Shown here: piece after piece, positions 47,045 to 55,880 of the stretch
Position numbering within the stretch: position 1 is the stretch's first letter
How the letters are laid out: each line of letters begins with the position of its first letter
Source of the DNA: a virus
Lineage: Duplodnaviria; Caudoviricetes
Direction: 5' to 3' (one strand)
DNA: 62,724 bases
IMG/VR virus record: IMGVR_UViG_3300014323_000033
Location: 1-62,724 of that record
Notes under the pieces: model-generated
Databases searched by the model: none
The model's input: only the letters and a program-made list of their open reading frames with translations
Told to the model about the DNA's origin: nothing
Position numbers and translations under genes: made by a program

Positions 47045-47382
47045 GGAGCGGGCGGCTCGGCGGGTGCGGGCGGAGCGGGTTCGATCGGCGCCGCCGGCGG
47101 GGTGTAGCGCACGAAGCCGTTGAAGTACTTCGCCTCGCCGTCGAGCACGGCCGCGATGAGGCCCTGGCCCTTGTCGTCGATCCCGCAAACGCCGTTGAGC
47201 AGCGAGAGGAACGACATCAGGCCGGTCTCACCGTCGAAGAGCTGCGCGTCTCGCGTGCCCGGCGACGCCTTGGTGCTCTTCTCGAGCAGGCGGCCGACGT
47301 CGCTCATGACGTCCGGATTTTGGCAAAGCTCGTTCAAGCGAGCGATCAGTGCGTCGGCGAGCTCGGGGTTCGGTTGCGGCAT
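47041..47382 (-). CDS. Hypothetical protein
   Basis: Strong RBS AGGAGG upstream. Confidence 0.7.
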   Translation of the reverse strand: MPQPNPELADALIARLNELCQNPDVMSDVGRLLEKSTKASPGTRDAQLFDGETGLMSFLSLLNGVCGIDDKGQGLIAAVLDGEAKYFNGFVRYTPPAAPIEPAPPAPAEPPAP

Positions 47383-47396
47383 GGCGGGCGGGCCTC

Positions 47397-47882
47397 CTAG
47401 TCCTCGGGACCGTACATCATCTGGCGGTCACCGTCGCGCCGGTCGCCCTCGGCGCGGGCGGCCTGCTCGTCCTGGTACGGCCGTTTGCATTTCGGGCAGC
47501 GCGGCCGCTCGCGCCGGTGCGGCAGGTTCCCGCAAAGTATACAAATGGATACCCGCGGGCGGGTGCGAGCGCGGGGGCATTCGGCGGCCGTGTGCTCCGG
47601 CGAGCGGCAGAGCTTGCAGGACGGCGGCGGCCTGATCTCGCGCGCGCACGCCTCGCACGCTCCGACGGCCTCGAGGATCCGCGCCTTGCTCCGGCGGAAG
47701 GTCGCGCCGCAGCGCGTGCAGAAGCAGGCCCACATGCGGCGGTCGCTCCTGATCTCCTCGGTGGGCCCGAGCACGAGCAGGTAGTCCTTTCGGAAGCCCG
47801 AGAGGTTCTCGCCCGCCGGCGGCCGCTGCGTGAGCCGCGAGCGCGGCACGCCCGGCAGCGAGGAGCCGTCGGGGCGCGCCAT
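47397..47882 (-). CDS. Multi-zinc-finger protein
   Basis: WACFCTRCG, CEAC, zinc knuckle CKLCRSPEHTAAECP, CILC, CPKC. Confidence 0.7.
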   Translation of the reverse strand: MARPDGSSLPGVPRSRLTQRPPAGENLSGFRKDYLLVLGPTEEIRSDRRMWACFCTRCGATFRRSKARILEAVGACEACAREIRPPPSCKLCRSPEHTAAECPRARTRPRVSICILCGNLPHRRERPRCPKCKRPYQDEQAARAEGDRRDGDRQMMYGPED

Positions 47883-49516
47883 CAGAAGCCCCCGAGCTTG
47901 CGCCGGTCGCGCCCGGTGCCGCTGCGCGTGCCCGCAAGTCGGCCCGTCTCGTAGGCCTTCCAGACGGCGAGCACGAACGCGGGCACTAGGTCCAAGTGTG
48001 ACCCGGGCGTGCGGGCCAGTACAATTTGAAAGTCCCCGCCCGGCTTCGGCTTGGCGACGACCTTCTCGAGCTGCTCGATCAGGCGCTTGTAGGCCAGGGG
48101 GACGCGCACCCGCCCGTCGTGAATGAGCGCCTTCACGATGCGGTACCGCTCGTTGTTGCCGTTGTGGCCGCCGGGCGCGGGGTCGAGCTGCACGTCGCCC
48201 TCGAGGTGCTCGCGCGCCGGTTCGAGCATCGCGCCGTCGCTCATGAGCTGCCGCTCGCCGTGGCGCCGCGCCATCTCCTCGCCGAGCGCGACCATGGCCG
48301 AAAGCTTGAGCGGCGCGCCTCGCTTCGGGTTCTCCTCGGCGAGGTCGGTCACCACGTACACGTCCTGCTCTGGCTTGTGGACCTTCCGGCCCTTCTCTTC
48401 GTGCCAAAGCATTTGGCGGTGCACGGCGACGAAGGCCGCCGCGTCGCGCACGAGGCCGAGGTCGGCGCCCACGCCGGCGACCCACCCGGGCCGGGGCGGG
48501 CGCGGGTTCGGCTTCACGTCTTGCCGCAGGCACGCCCGGAGCGCGGTCTTGTCGAAGAAGAGCAGCGTCCCGATCGGCATGAACCGCGCGCCGTACTCGC
48601 GCTCGGCGTTAGCCGGGTTGCGCGCCTGCTCCTTGGCGACGGTCTTCCGGTTGCGCTCCGTGTCGAGGAGCACGAGCGTCGGCGCCCACACGCCGATCGC
48701 GTCCTCGGGATGCTCGTAGTTTCTTTCCCACTGCTCGTGAAGCAGGCCGGCCTCGGCGAACGGCGTCGAGACCAGGACGGCCATCCCGTCGGGCAAGAGG
48801 CGCGGCGTGATGGCGTTGAACACGTCCTGGTCGTTGACGACCTTCGTGCTGTCCTGGAAGAACGCGCATTCGTCGAGGCACGCCCCGATCAGCGAGCGGC
48901 CACGGACCGCGCCGCCGCCGCGGGTGGCGGGCAGCACCTCGATCCGCACCTCGAGCTCGTCGCTCGGCCGTTTGAAGACCAGCACGTCGGCGCTCTCGGC
49001 GACGAGCAGGTCGGAGAGCACCGGGGTCCGCAGCGCCGCGCCGCGCGCGTACCTGAGCGCCTGGCGCGCGAGGCCCTTGTTCGGCGCCACGATGAGCGCG
49101 ACCGCTTGCTCGCCCGGCGCGAGCGTCGAGAGGTCGGCCACGAAACAGCGCCAAAGGCAGTAGAGCGCGACGAGTACTCGGGTCTTGCCACCACGCGCGC
49201 CGCACACGGCCACGAGCACGGCGCGCGCCTCGGCGGGGATGACGTCGACGTCGGCGCCGAAGAGCTCGGCCCGGTACCGCTGCAGCTCGGGCGGTAGGTC
49301 CTTCGGCTCGACGCCATCGAAGGCCACGAGCACGAGCGCCCGCTGCCCGTCGCTCAACTCGAATTGAACGATGCGGTCGCAGAAGCTCGTGAACGAATGC
49401 TTGTGCAGGCCGCGCCGCTCGAGCTCGACGCGGGCAAGCGCACGAGCGCGCGGATCCTCTACGAGGCGCTTGGCTCGGGGTCTTGGCTCTTGGAGTGCTG
49501 CAGCTCCTCGGGGCAT
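47882..49516 (-). CDS. terL: Terminase large subunit
   Basis: Walker A GARGGKT, Walker B ACLDE, STP coupling motif, RNase H-type GADLG...D. Confidence 0.9.
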   Translation of the reverse strand: MPRGAAALQEPRPRAKRLVEDPRARALARVELERRGLHKHSFTSFCDRIVQFELSDGQRALVLVAFDGVEPKDLPPELQRYRAELFGADVDVIPAEARAVLVAVCGARGGKTRVLVALYCLWRCFVADLSTLAPGEQAVALIVAPNKGLARQALRYARGAALRTPVLSDLLVAESADVLVFKRPSDELEVRIEVLPATRGGGAVRGRSLIGACLDECAFFQDSTKVVNDQDVFNAITPRLLPDGMAVLVSTPFAEAGLLHEQWERNYEHPEDAIGVWAPTLVLLDTERNRKTVAKEQARNPANAEREYGARFMPIGTLLFFDKTALRACLRQDVKPNPRPPRPGWVAGVGADLGLVRDAAAFVAVHRQMLWHEEKGRKVHKPEQDVYVVTDLAEENPKRGAPLKLSAMVALGEEMARRHGERQLMSDGAMLEPAREHLEGDVQLDPAPGGHNGNNERYRIVKALIHDGRVRVPLAYKRLIEQLEKVVAKPKPGGDFQIVLARTPGSHLDLVPAFVLAVWKAYETGRLAGTRSGTGRDRRKLGGF

Positions 49517-49725
49517 TGCTCTTGCGCTAGCAACGTGGCGATGAGCGCCTTGGCCTCGTCGCGTTCTTCGCGCGCGATCGAGACCGCGCGAATCCAGCGA
49601 TCTTCAATGATCCCGGCCTTCGTGTCACGCACCACCCACCCGAAGGCGTAGCCGACGGCGAAGCCGAGCCCAGTGCAGACCGTCGCCGCACCGGCGCCCC
49701 ACAACGCCGCGAGCTCCGGGCTCAC
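49459..49725 (-). CDS. Small membrane protein
   Basis: GTGA coupling; N-terminal hydrophobic helix. Confidence 0.6.
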   Translation of the reverse strand: MSPELAALWGAGAATVCTGLGFAVGYAFGWVVRDTKAGIIEDRWIRAVSIAREERDEAKALIATLLAQEQCPEELQHSKSQDPEPSAS

Positions 49726-49964
49726 GGCACGTAGCCGGCAGCGCGGGCGGCGTTGACGATTTTCGAGCTGGCTTGCGCACGGCCGCCGGTGCCCGAGAGC
49801 TGCACGGCCAGGGCGCGCAGGAGCTCGAGGTCGCATTCGTACTGCACGATGCGGGCGCGCACGATCCCGAGGGCGACGGCGCGCGGGCTCGCGGGCTTGC
49901 GCGGCGCCTTCGTAGTTTTCTGCGAACGGACGCGGGCTCGGCTACGGCTCTTCTTGGCTGCCAT
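49722..49964 (-). CDS. Small basic hypothetical protein
   Basis: RBS AAGGAG; Lys/Arg-rich N-terminus. Confidence 0.6.
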   Translation of the reverse strand: MAAKKSRSRARVRSQKTTKAPRKPASPRAVALGIVRARIVQYECDLELLRALAVQLSGTGGRAQASSKIVNAARAAGYVP

Positions 49965-50214
49965 GGTCGGGGGCTCCTTTGCGGACGTCTGCCCGCACGG
50001 TTATCACGAAGCGCGAGGGGTCGGTGCGCAGGCCGTGCGGCGGCCGCGTCTCGAGCTCGACCACGGGCTGCCAATGGCGCGACCACTCATCGACGGTCAT
50101 CCCGGCTTGAGCGGCCCACGCGCGCACGGCCGTGTCGGTGAGCTCGCCCGCTTGCTCCTGCAGCCGCTCGGCCGCGAGCTGGTACGCATCAGCGTCGGGT
50201 TTGCGCTTTCCCAT
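49942..50214 (-). CDS. Hypothetical protein
   Basis: Overlapping operon ORF. Confidence 0.6.
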   Translation of the reverse strand: MGKRKPDADAYQLAAERLQEQAGELTDTAVRAWAAQAGMTVDEWSRHWQPVVELETRPPHGLRTDPSRFVITVRADVRKGAPDHGSQEEP

Positions 50215-50785
50215 GCTTGCCCTTGGCGATCTCCTTGAGCTCGTGCATCAGGCCGCCGCCCTCGAACGACGCGGCCTCGAGCGCGAGCGCGCCGGTCAAG
50301 GTGCTCAAGCGCGCGCGCTGCCCCGCGTGGAAGTTCTCGAGCAGCCGGAAGGCGACGAGCTCGTGCGTCTCGCAAAGCTCCGTGCCGGGGCCCGTGTGGA
50401 TCACTTCCGGGCGTGGCTGTCCGTAGAGCCGGTCGCCGTGGTGGTCCATTTCGACGGCGCCGCCGAGGCCGAGCGCGCCAGCCTGCGCCGTGCGGTTGCC
50501 TCGGCCGCTCGCCGGCATCATGCGCGTCGCGCGCGCCGGGCAGACCTGGCAGGGCTGCGGCGGCACCTTGAGCGCCGGCGCCGGCAGCGTGTCGCGCGCC
50601 ACGGCATCGAGCGCGGACCACTCACTGTCGGGCGCGAGCCCGCCGGGGCCGGGGTTCTCCGTGGGCACGCGGTGCAGGTCGAGCTCGACCGCTCGGCCGC
50701 GCCGGATCACGAAGAGCACCACGGCGAACACGAAGCCCGCCATTCCGAGGATTCCCCACACGGGCGACATAGCAGCGTCGTTCAT
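50189..50785 (-). CDS. Membrane-anchored hypothetical protein with Cys/His motifs
   Basis: N-terminal TM; CQVC and LCETH. Confidence 0.65.
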   Translation of the reverse strand: MNDAAMSPVWGILGMAGFVFAVVLFVIRRGRAVELDLHRVPTENPGPGGLAPDSEWSALDAVARDTLPAPALKVPPQPCQVCPARATRMMPASGRGNRTAQAGALGLGGAVEMDHHGDRLYGQPRPEVIHTGPGTELCETHELVAFRLLENFHAGQRARLSTLTGALALEAASFEGGGLMHELKEIAKGKHGKAQTRR

Positions 50786-51312
50786 TCGGGCACCTTGGCG
50801 ATCATGAACCCCACCTTGAGGATCTTCGGCACGATGACGACGGCGCCGCGCTCGCTCACCACGAGGTCGAAGCCGCGCAGCCCGCGCGCCTCGAGGTGGC
50901 GGCGCAGCTCCTCGACCTCGACCGTCACCGTGAGCGGCTCAGCCGAGGGCCCGCGCACGTCCTGCTCGGCGGCCATGCGCAGCACGAAGTCGTCCCACAC
51001 GGCGCGCAGGTCGAGCTCGGGGGGCGCGGTCGGCTCGATCGTCTTGCCGAGCACGGTCACCGAAACGAGGTTGCCCTGGTCGCCACCGAAGACGTACCCG
51101 CCCACGATCGCCGGCATGCTCTGCCCGTTCGGGCCGACGAGCGTGCAGCCCTGGCCCACGTAGAACGGGAAGCGCACGCCGCCGAGCTTCGGGATCGCGC
51201 AGCTCTCGCAGAGCGGGTGCCGCGCGCCCTGCTGGATCGCGCGCACCACGTCCTCGGGCACGTCGGCGTTGAACGGCAGCGTGCACTGCGGGCAGACGAA
51301 GCCGACGTTCAT
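50782..51312 (-). CDS. Hypothetical protein with N-terminal zinc ribbon
   Basis: CPQC...CESC; ATGA coupling. Confidence 0.65.
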   Translation of the reverse strand: MNVGFVCPQCTLPFNADVPEDVVRAIQQGARHPLCESCAIPKLGGVRFPFYVGQGCTLVGPNGQSMPAIVGGYVFGGDQGNLVSVTVLGKTIEPTAPPELDLRAVWDDFVLRMAAEQDVRGPSAEPLTVTVEVEELRRHLEARGLRGFDLVVSERGAVVIVPKILKVGFMIAKVPE

Positions 51313-51887
51313 TCGGGGCGGTCCTCGCCGGTGGCGACGCGGATCATGGCGGCCACCTGCTCGCCGCGCTCGCGACCCATGTCGAGCGGCGGGATCCGGC
51401 AGTCGAAGAGCTCGCGCTCGTGCACCATTTGCGAGTCCTCGATCCGGCGGCCGCCCGGAATGAAGCGGTTCGCCACGAGCTGCACCGAGTCGCCGCGCCG
51501 GCGCACCCGGACCTCGGCGCCCGTGGTGCCGTCGAGCACGGCCTCAACGTACCCGCCCACGAAGAGCGCCACGGCCGCGCGCTGCGCGCCGAGCGCGGTC
51601 ACGTCGACGGGGAGCGTCATGTTCACCGAGACGTACGGCGTGGCGCCCGGCGGCGGCAGCTCGGTCTCGGCGCCGCGCGATTCGGCGAGCTCGCGCGCTT
51701 CCGCGTTTACCTGCTCGAGGGCGCGCGCCACCTGCTCGGGCGGGATCGTGAGGTCGAGCTTGCCCATGGACGTCGGGCTCGGCAGCGTGAGCTCGGTCCC
51801 GCACATGGGGCAATCGACGTGCTCGCCGGCGGCGCCGATCGTTTCGAACCGGTGCTCGCAGCTCGTGCATTGAATGGGGGTCTGCAT
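51309..51887 (-). CDS. Zinc-ribbon protein
   Basis: CTSCEH...CPMCG. Confidence 0.7.
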   Translation of the reverse strand: MQTPIQCTSCEHRFETIGAAGEHVDCPMCGTELTLPSPTSMGKLDLTIPPEQVARALEQVNAEARELAESRGAETELPPPGATPYVSVNMTLPVDVTALGAQRAAVALFVGGYVEAVLDGTTGAEVRVRRRGDSVQLVANRFIPGGRRIEDSQMVHERELFDCRIPPLDMGRERGEQVAAMIRVATGEDRPE

Positions 51888-52241
51888 TCAGGCCTCTCCG
51901 ACCGTGGTCTTCCACGATCCCGACGTGGTGAGCATGGCGAGCAGGCGCTGCTCGCGCGAGAGCGCCAGGCCGTCGCCAATGTACCGGAGCGTGCGCACCT
52001 GCTTGCGGCGCTTCGGCTGCCGCTTCCGACCGGGCGGCAGCGGCGGAACGTCGCCCTCGCGCGGCACGCGGTCGATCGGCACGGCCTCGAGCTCCTCGGG
52101 CTTCGCGGCGCCGAGCTCGCCCACGTGGCGCAGCGTCGCGTCGTTGATGGCGACGGCCTCGGTGCGGCCGATCGCGAGCACGCGGATCGCCGGCACGTCG
52201 CGCCGCCGGACCCACCAACGGGTCACGAGCTGCGGCGTCAT
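51888..52241 (-). CDS. Hypothetical protein
   Basis: ATGA coupling. Confidence 0.6.
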   Translation of the reverse strand: MTPQLVTRWWVRRRDVPAIRVLAIGRTEAVAINDATLRHVGELGAAKPEELEAVPIDRVPREGDVPPLPPGRKRQPKRRKQVRTLRYIGDGLALSREQRLLAMLTTSGSWKTTVGEA

Positions 52242-52543
52242 GGCGGCGGCCTCGGCAGGTTGACGCCCTGGCTCGCGAACGCGATCCGCAGGGCCGCGAG
52301 CTCGGTCGAGTTGTTGAGGTCGAGCTCGCTCGCGCGCTCGGTGAAGACGGGGCCGGTGAGACGGCATGGCGTGCCGCAGGCCGTGCAAAAGGTGAGCGAG
52401 CCGGGGCCGCCGGGCGGGATCACGACGCTCTGACCGATCACGCCCCCGCACGTGCAGCAGAAGAGCGGCGGGTGCTTCACGACCGCGGCCGTGTGCGGCG
52501 AGGGCGGCGTCGCGCCGCGCATGATGGACCGGCGCAGGCTCAT
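52238..52543 (-). CDS. Small zinc-binding protein
   Basis: CCTCG...FCTACG. Confidence 0.6.
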   Translation of the reverse strand: MSLRRSIMRGATPPSPHTAAVVKHPPLFCCTCGGVIGQSVVIPPGGPGSLTFCTACGTPCRLTGPVFTERASELDLNNSTELAALRIAFASQGVNLPRPPP

Positions 52544-52836
52544 CGCTTCCCCTTTTTGCCCTTCGATTCTGTAGGTCTTTCCTCGGCCTTTCGCGGCATG
52601 GTGCCGAAGGCGAGGTAGCCCGGGGTGACGCCGAAGGCCGTGGCGAGCCCCTCGACGATCGTGATGCCCGGCTCGACGGTGCCCGCGCAGAGCCGCGCGA
52701 AGTAGCCCCCGGTCTTGCCGGCGGCCGTCGCTGCAGCCGAGCGGCTCGGGTGCCCGGCATCGCGCCAGGCCTCGTTCAGCCGAGCGGCGAACGCGGCGAG
52801 CTTCGGGTCACGGGTGTCGGGTGCAGGGGCTTCCAC
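52540..52836 (-). CDS. XRE/Cro-family helix-turn-helix regulator
   Basis: FAARL....AG..S....A..AG....F.RL..G..EP....V..LA.AFGVTP.YL.FG. Confidence 0.8.
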   Translation of the reverse strand: MEAPAPDTRDPKLAAFAARLNEAWRDAGHPSRSAAATAAGKTGGYFARLCAGTVEPGITIVEGLATAFGVTPGYLAFGTMPRKAEERPTESKGKKGKR

Positions 52837-52882
52837 GCGCGGCAGGGTATCCGCCGGCGCGTCTCCCCGCAAGGGGAGCCCG

Positions 52883-53221
52883 TTAGGAGCGGCGCCGGTG
52901 GAAGTGCACGCGCGCGATCCGCGGCGGCTCACCGACGGGCGCGGTCGCGGTCGGCGCCGGCGCGGGCGAGGAGCACGGGCGCGGCGGGTGAGGCGTGGCG
53001 CTCGGCACCTCCGGGGCGATCTTCCGCACGCCCTGATCGGGGCTCCCCTTCGGCGGGCCGAGCGAGCGCCCGAGGATCAGCGCGAGGCCGAGCAGCGCGA
53101 GGATCAGCGCGGTCACGGGCAACGCGACGTGAAGCCGTCGAATGCTCCGGTCTTCGTCGGCGGGCGGGGGCGGCATGGGCGGGGGCTCGGGTTTCATGGG
53201 CACGCGGTCGCTCCAATGCAT
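52883..53221 (-). CDS. Small membrane protein
   Basis: Single TM (VALPVTALILALLGLALIL), Pro-rich flanks. Confidence 0.55.
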   Translation of the reverse strand: MHWSDRVPMKPEPPPMPPPPADEDRSIRRLHVALPVTALILALLGLALILGRSLGPPKGSPDQGVRKIAPEVPSATPHPPRPCSSPAPAPTATAPVGEPPRIARVHFHRRRS

Positions 53222-53225
53222 GGGG

Positions 53226-53789
53226 TCAATCCTCGTCGCGCTGCTCGTGCTTCGGCAGCTTTCCGGTTTCAGCGTACACGCGCATGTCCTCCTCGGTCCA
53301 CCGTTCGAAGCTCTTCGACCCGCCGAAGGCGTGCAGGTGTTTCTCGACGGCGACCGTGGGCGCGAGGTGGCCCTCGAGCCGCGCGCGCAGGTTCGAGATT
53401 CGAATGCACTGTCGCTGCGCGGTCATGTCCGGATCGCGCGGCGTCGGTGGCGTGCCCGGTGGTGACGTCGCCGGCGCGGGCTTGGGCATGCCGACCGCGA
53501 GTGGGTAGGCCGCGCGCCACAACGCGTCGAGCCGCTCGAGCTCGAGGGTCTTCGCGCGCTTGGCGTTTTCTCGCGGGATTTCGTCGATGGCCGCCCAGGC
53601 GAGCGCGTGCAGGTAGCCGATCCCTGGGCGCGCGAGCGCCTTGGCGATCTGCCGGTACGAGAGCCCGGCGACGCGCAGCTCGACGATCTGCGCCTTGAGC
53701 TCGGCCTTGGCGACCTCGCGCGCGCTCGTGCCGATGTGGCGCCCCTCGCGCGCCGCGCTGCCCTTGGGCCTCTTGCGCTTGGCGGTCAC
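53226..53789 (-). CDS. terS: Putative terminase small subunit (HTH)
   Basis: ELR.AGLSYRQIA..L, LELERLD.L, C.RI...RARL.G pattern; follows ParB-MTase. Confidence 0.72.
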   Translation of the reverse strand: MTAKRKRPKGSAAREGRHIGTSAREVAKAELKAQIVELRVAGLSYRQIAKALARPGIGYLHALAWAAIDEIPRENAKRAKTLELERLDALWRAAYPLAVGMPKPAPATSPPGTPPTPRDPDMTAQRQCIRISNLRARLEGHLAPTVAVEKHLHAFGGSKSFERWTEEDMRVYAETGKLPKHEQRDED

Positions 53790-55120
53790 GCGGCCCGCTT
53801 GGCCTTCTGCCCGGTGGCCGCTTCCCAGCGAGCGAGCACGGCGTCGACGCACCGGGGATCGAGGTCCATGGCAAAGCAGCGGCGCTCGAGGGCCTGCGCC
53901 GCCATGAGCGTCGCACCTGCACCGACGAAGGGCTCGTAGACGTCGCCGGCGTGGTTTCGAATGCTGCGCGCCATGAGCTCGATCGGCTTCTGCGAGGCCG
54001 GGCCGCCCTCGACCGTGGCGTCGAGCGGAATGTCGTCCCACAACGTGTTTTGCTTGCGGCCGCCGATCCACGCGCCGTTCTCGCCCTTGCGCACGGCGTA
54101 CCAACAGAGCTCGTGCCGGTGGTGGTAGTGCCCGCGCCCGATCGGGTGGTGCTGCTTGGCCCACACGATCATCACGCGCAGCTCGTAGCCGGCGCGCTCG
54201 AGGTCGTGGCCCGTCGTCGGGCTGCCGAGGTCGGCGTGCCACACGTAGATCACGTCCCCCGGGCACTGCTGCCAGGTCTCGAGCCAGCTCACGGTATCGT
54301 CGTTCTTGATCTCCTGCCCGCGCCGCGCCGCGACCGAGAGCTTCTCGCGCCACATGGGGTCGTAGGCCACGCCGTAGGGCGGGTCGGTGACCGTGAGCTT
54401 CGGCTTGGCGCCGTCGAGCAGGCGCGCCACGAGCTCGGGCCGCCGGTTGTCGCCGCAGAGGATCCGGTGCGGGCCGAGCACCCAAAGGTCGCCGAGCTTC
54501 GCCCGCTTCGGCACGTTCACCGGCGGCGCCGGCGCGGGCGGGTTCGTCGCATAATTCACGCTCGCCACCAAGGCCGCGAGGTCGTGCGCCTCGTAGCCGA
54601 CGAGCACCTGCTGCTCGGGCTGGAAGTGCCGGAGGAGCTCGAGGAGCGGCGCGTCATCCCAGAGCGAGAATTCACCGAGCCGGTTGTCGGCCACGGTGAG
54701 CGCCTCGGCCTCGGCGTCGGTCATCTCCCGCAGGCGCACCGGCACGAGCCCCGTCGCGGCCGTGTGCTTCGCCTCCGGGTGCCACTTGGCCCGCTCCTTC
54801 GGCGTCGCCTTATCCCACCGGGGCGCGAGCTCGCGGGCAGCGCGCAGCGCCGTGTGCCCCACGACCAGGCGCCGGTCCCCCTGCCGAGCTACGAGGGCGC
54901 GGCCCCACCCGAAGGCGATGAGGCTCTCGAGCACCCGCGGCACGGCGGCGTCGTTCTTCCGCGGGTTCCCCGTCCAGGGCACGAGCGAGGTGAGCGGCTC
55001 CCAGGTCGCGGCGGCGGCGCCTTCCCCCGGGCCGGGCCGTTCCGTCGCGATCGGGGTTCTCGCCGGGGGCCGGTCGGTCTTCCCCCTGGGCGCGGGCGAT
55101 TTCGGCGTCGCTGCAGCCAT
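53786..55120 (-). CDS. ParB-like domain fused to N6/N4 DNA methyltransferase
   Basis: NPR.ND, SL..FGW, GH, ADNRL.E; GD.W.LG.HR.LCGD, TDPPY, QKP..L, EPF.G.G.T. Confidence 0.9.
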   Translation of the reverse strand: MAAATPKSPAPRGKTDRPPARTPIATERPGPGEGAAAATWEPLTSLVPWTGNPRKNDAAVPRVLESLIAFGWGRALVARQGDRRLVVGHTALRAARELAPRWDKATPKERAKWHPEAKHTAATGLVPVRLREMTDAEAEALTVADNRLGEFSLWDDAPLLELLRHFQPEQQVLVGYEAHDLAALVASVNYATNPPAPAPPVNVPKRAKLGDLWVLGPHRILCGDNRRPELVARLLDGAKPKLTVTDPPYGVAYDPMWREKLSVAARRGQEIKNDDTVSWLETWQQCPGDVIYVWHADLGSPTTGHDLERAGYELRVMIVWAKQHHPIGRGHYHHRHELCWYAVRKGENGAWIGGRKQNTLWDDIPLDATVEGGPASQKPIELMARSIRNHAGDVYEPFVGAGATLMAAQALERRCFAMDLDPRCVDAVLARWEAATGQKAKRAA

Positions 55121-55330
55121 GTTCCCCCGGAAGGTGCTCCTTTCGGAACGGGGAGGTCAAGCGCCGGGGTGCTGAACGGCCGTCCCGCTCGAGCCGGCGC
55201 GCCCACCTGAACGGCCGTCTGAAAACCTGCCAGGGAGGTCTGAACGTCGTTGGCAGGTTACCCGTTAGGGTCCATAGTGAATGGACGGCGCGCGCCCTGG
55301 AAAGCGCGGCGCCGCGGAAAAGGACCTCAA
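55121..55330. promoter_or_regulatory. Divergent control region between late (-) and early (+) arms
   Basis: TTGGCA-N17-CATAGT (+, 55250-55278); TTGACC-N18-CACCTT (-, from 55160); direct and inverted repeats. Confidence 0.65.
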
Positions 55331-55624
55331 ATGCTCTCAACGAAGCTTGAAACGGAACGCGGCGGGTGGCGGGTGGTGGTCTTCTGCCAGGGTACGATTC
55401 GCCAGGCTCGCGCAGCGGCGCTCACCCTGGCAGCTCACCTCGAGCAGGCGAGCGAGGGCCACGACTGGCTAGTGCACGTCCCCGGCGGCGTGCTCTCTGC
55501 CGGCAAGGCCGGGTTCGCGGTCAACGTGCAGGTCGAGCTCAGCACCGGCAGCGCCGAAGAGACGCGCGCCGCCCGTGAGCTCGTGCTCGACGTGCTCGAA
55601 CGTGGGTTCGCGGTGCCGCAATGA
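55331..55624 (+). CDS. Hypothetical early protein
   Basis: RBS AAGGA; first + strand ORF. Confidence 0.65.
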   Translation: MLSTKLETERGGWRVVVFCQGTIRQARAAALTLAAHLEQASEGHDWLVHVPGGVLSAGKAGFAVNVQVELSTGSAEETRAARELVLDVLERGFAVPQ

Positions 55625-55803
55625 GCGCCACGGTCCCCGCCCCGACGTGCCTGCCCGCCGCGCCGATCCCCACGGGGGTCGAGCGCGGCCGCTCCGAGCT
55701 CGCGGTCGCTGCCGAGCTCGCCGGCGTGCGCCCCGAAGACGTGCGCGCCTACCTCGAATGGGCGCTCGCGAACGCGCGGCGGCTCGAGGAGCGCCGGCCC
55801 TGA
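55621..55803 (+). CDS. Small hypothetical protein
   Basis: ATGA coupling. Confidence 0.55.
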   Translation: MSATVPAPTCLPAAPIPTGVERGRSELAVAAELAGVRPEDVRAYLEWALANARRLEERRP

Positions 55804-55880
55804 CCTCCGGTTCGGGGCCGCATGCCGGCCTCGACCCGGGCGCCACGCCCGATCCAACCCCAACCGAAAGGCCCCTCACC

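Noticed and set aside
49450-49470. Possible GTA start for terL at a GTAG overlap
   Set aside because: An in-frame ATG at 49516 gives a plausible overlapping start, so no non-canonical start is needed
53786-55120. ParB as evidence of a plasmid-prophage partition system
   Set aside because: The ParB-like domain is fused to a methyltransferase beside terS, a common phage arrangement, and no ParA was found
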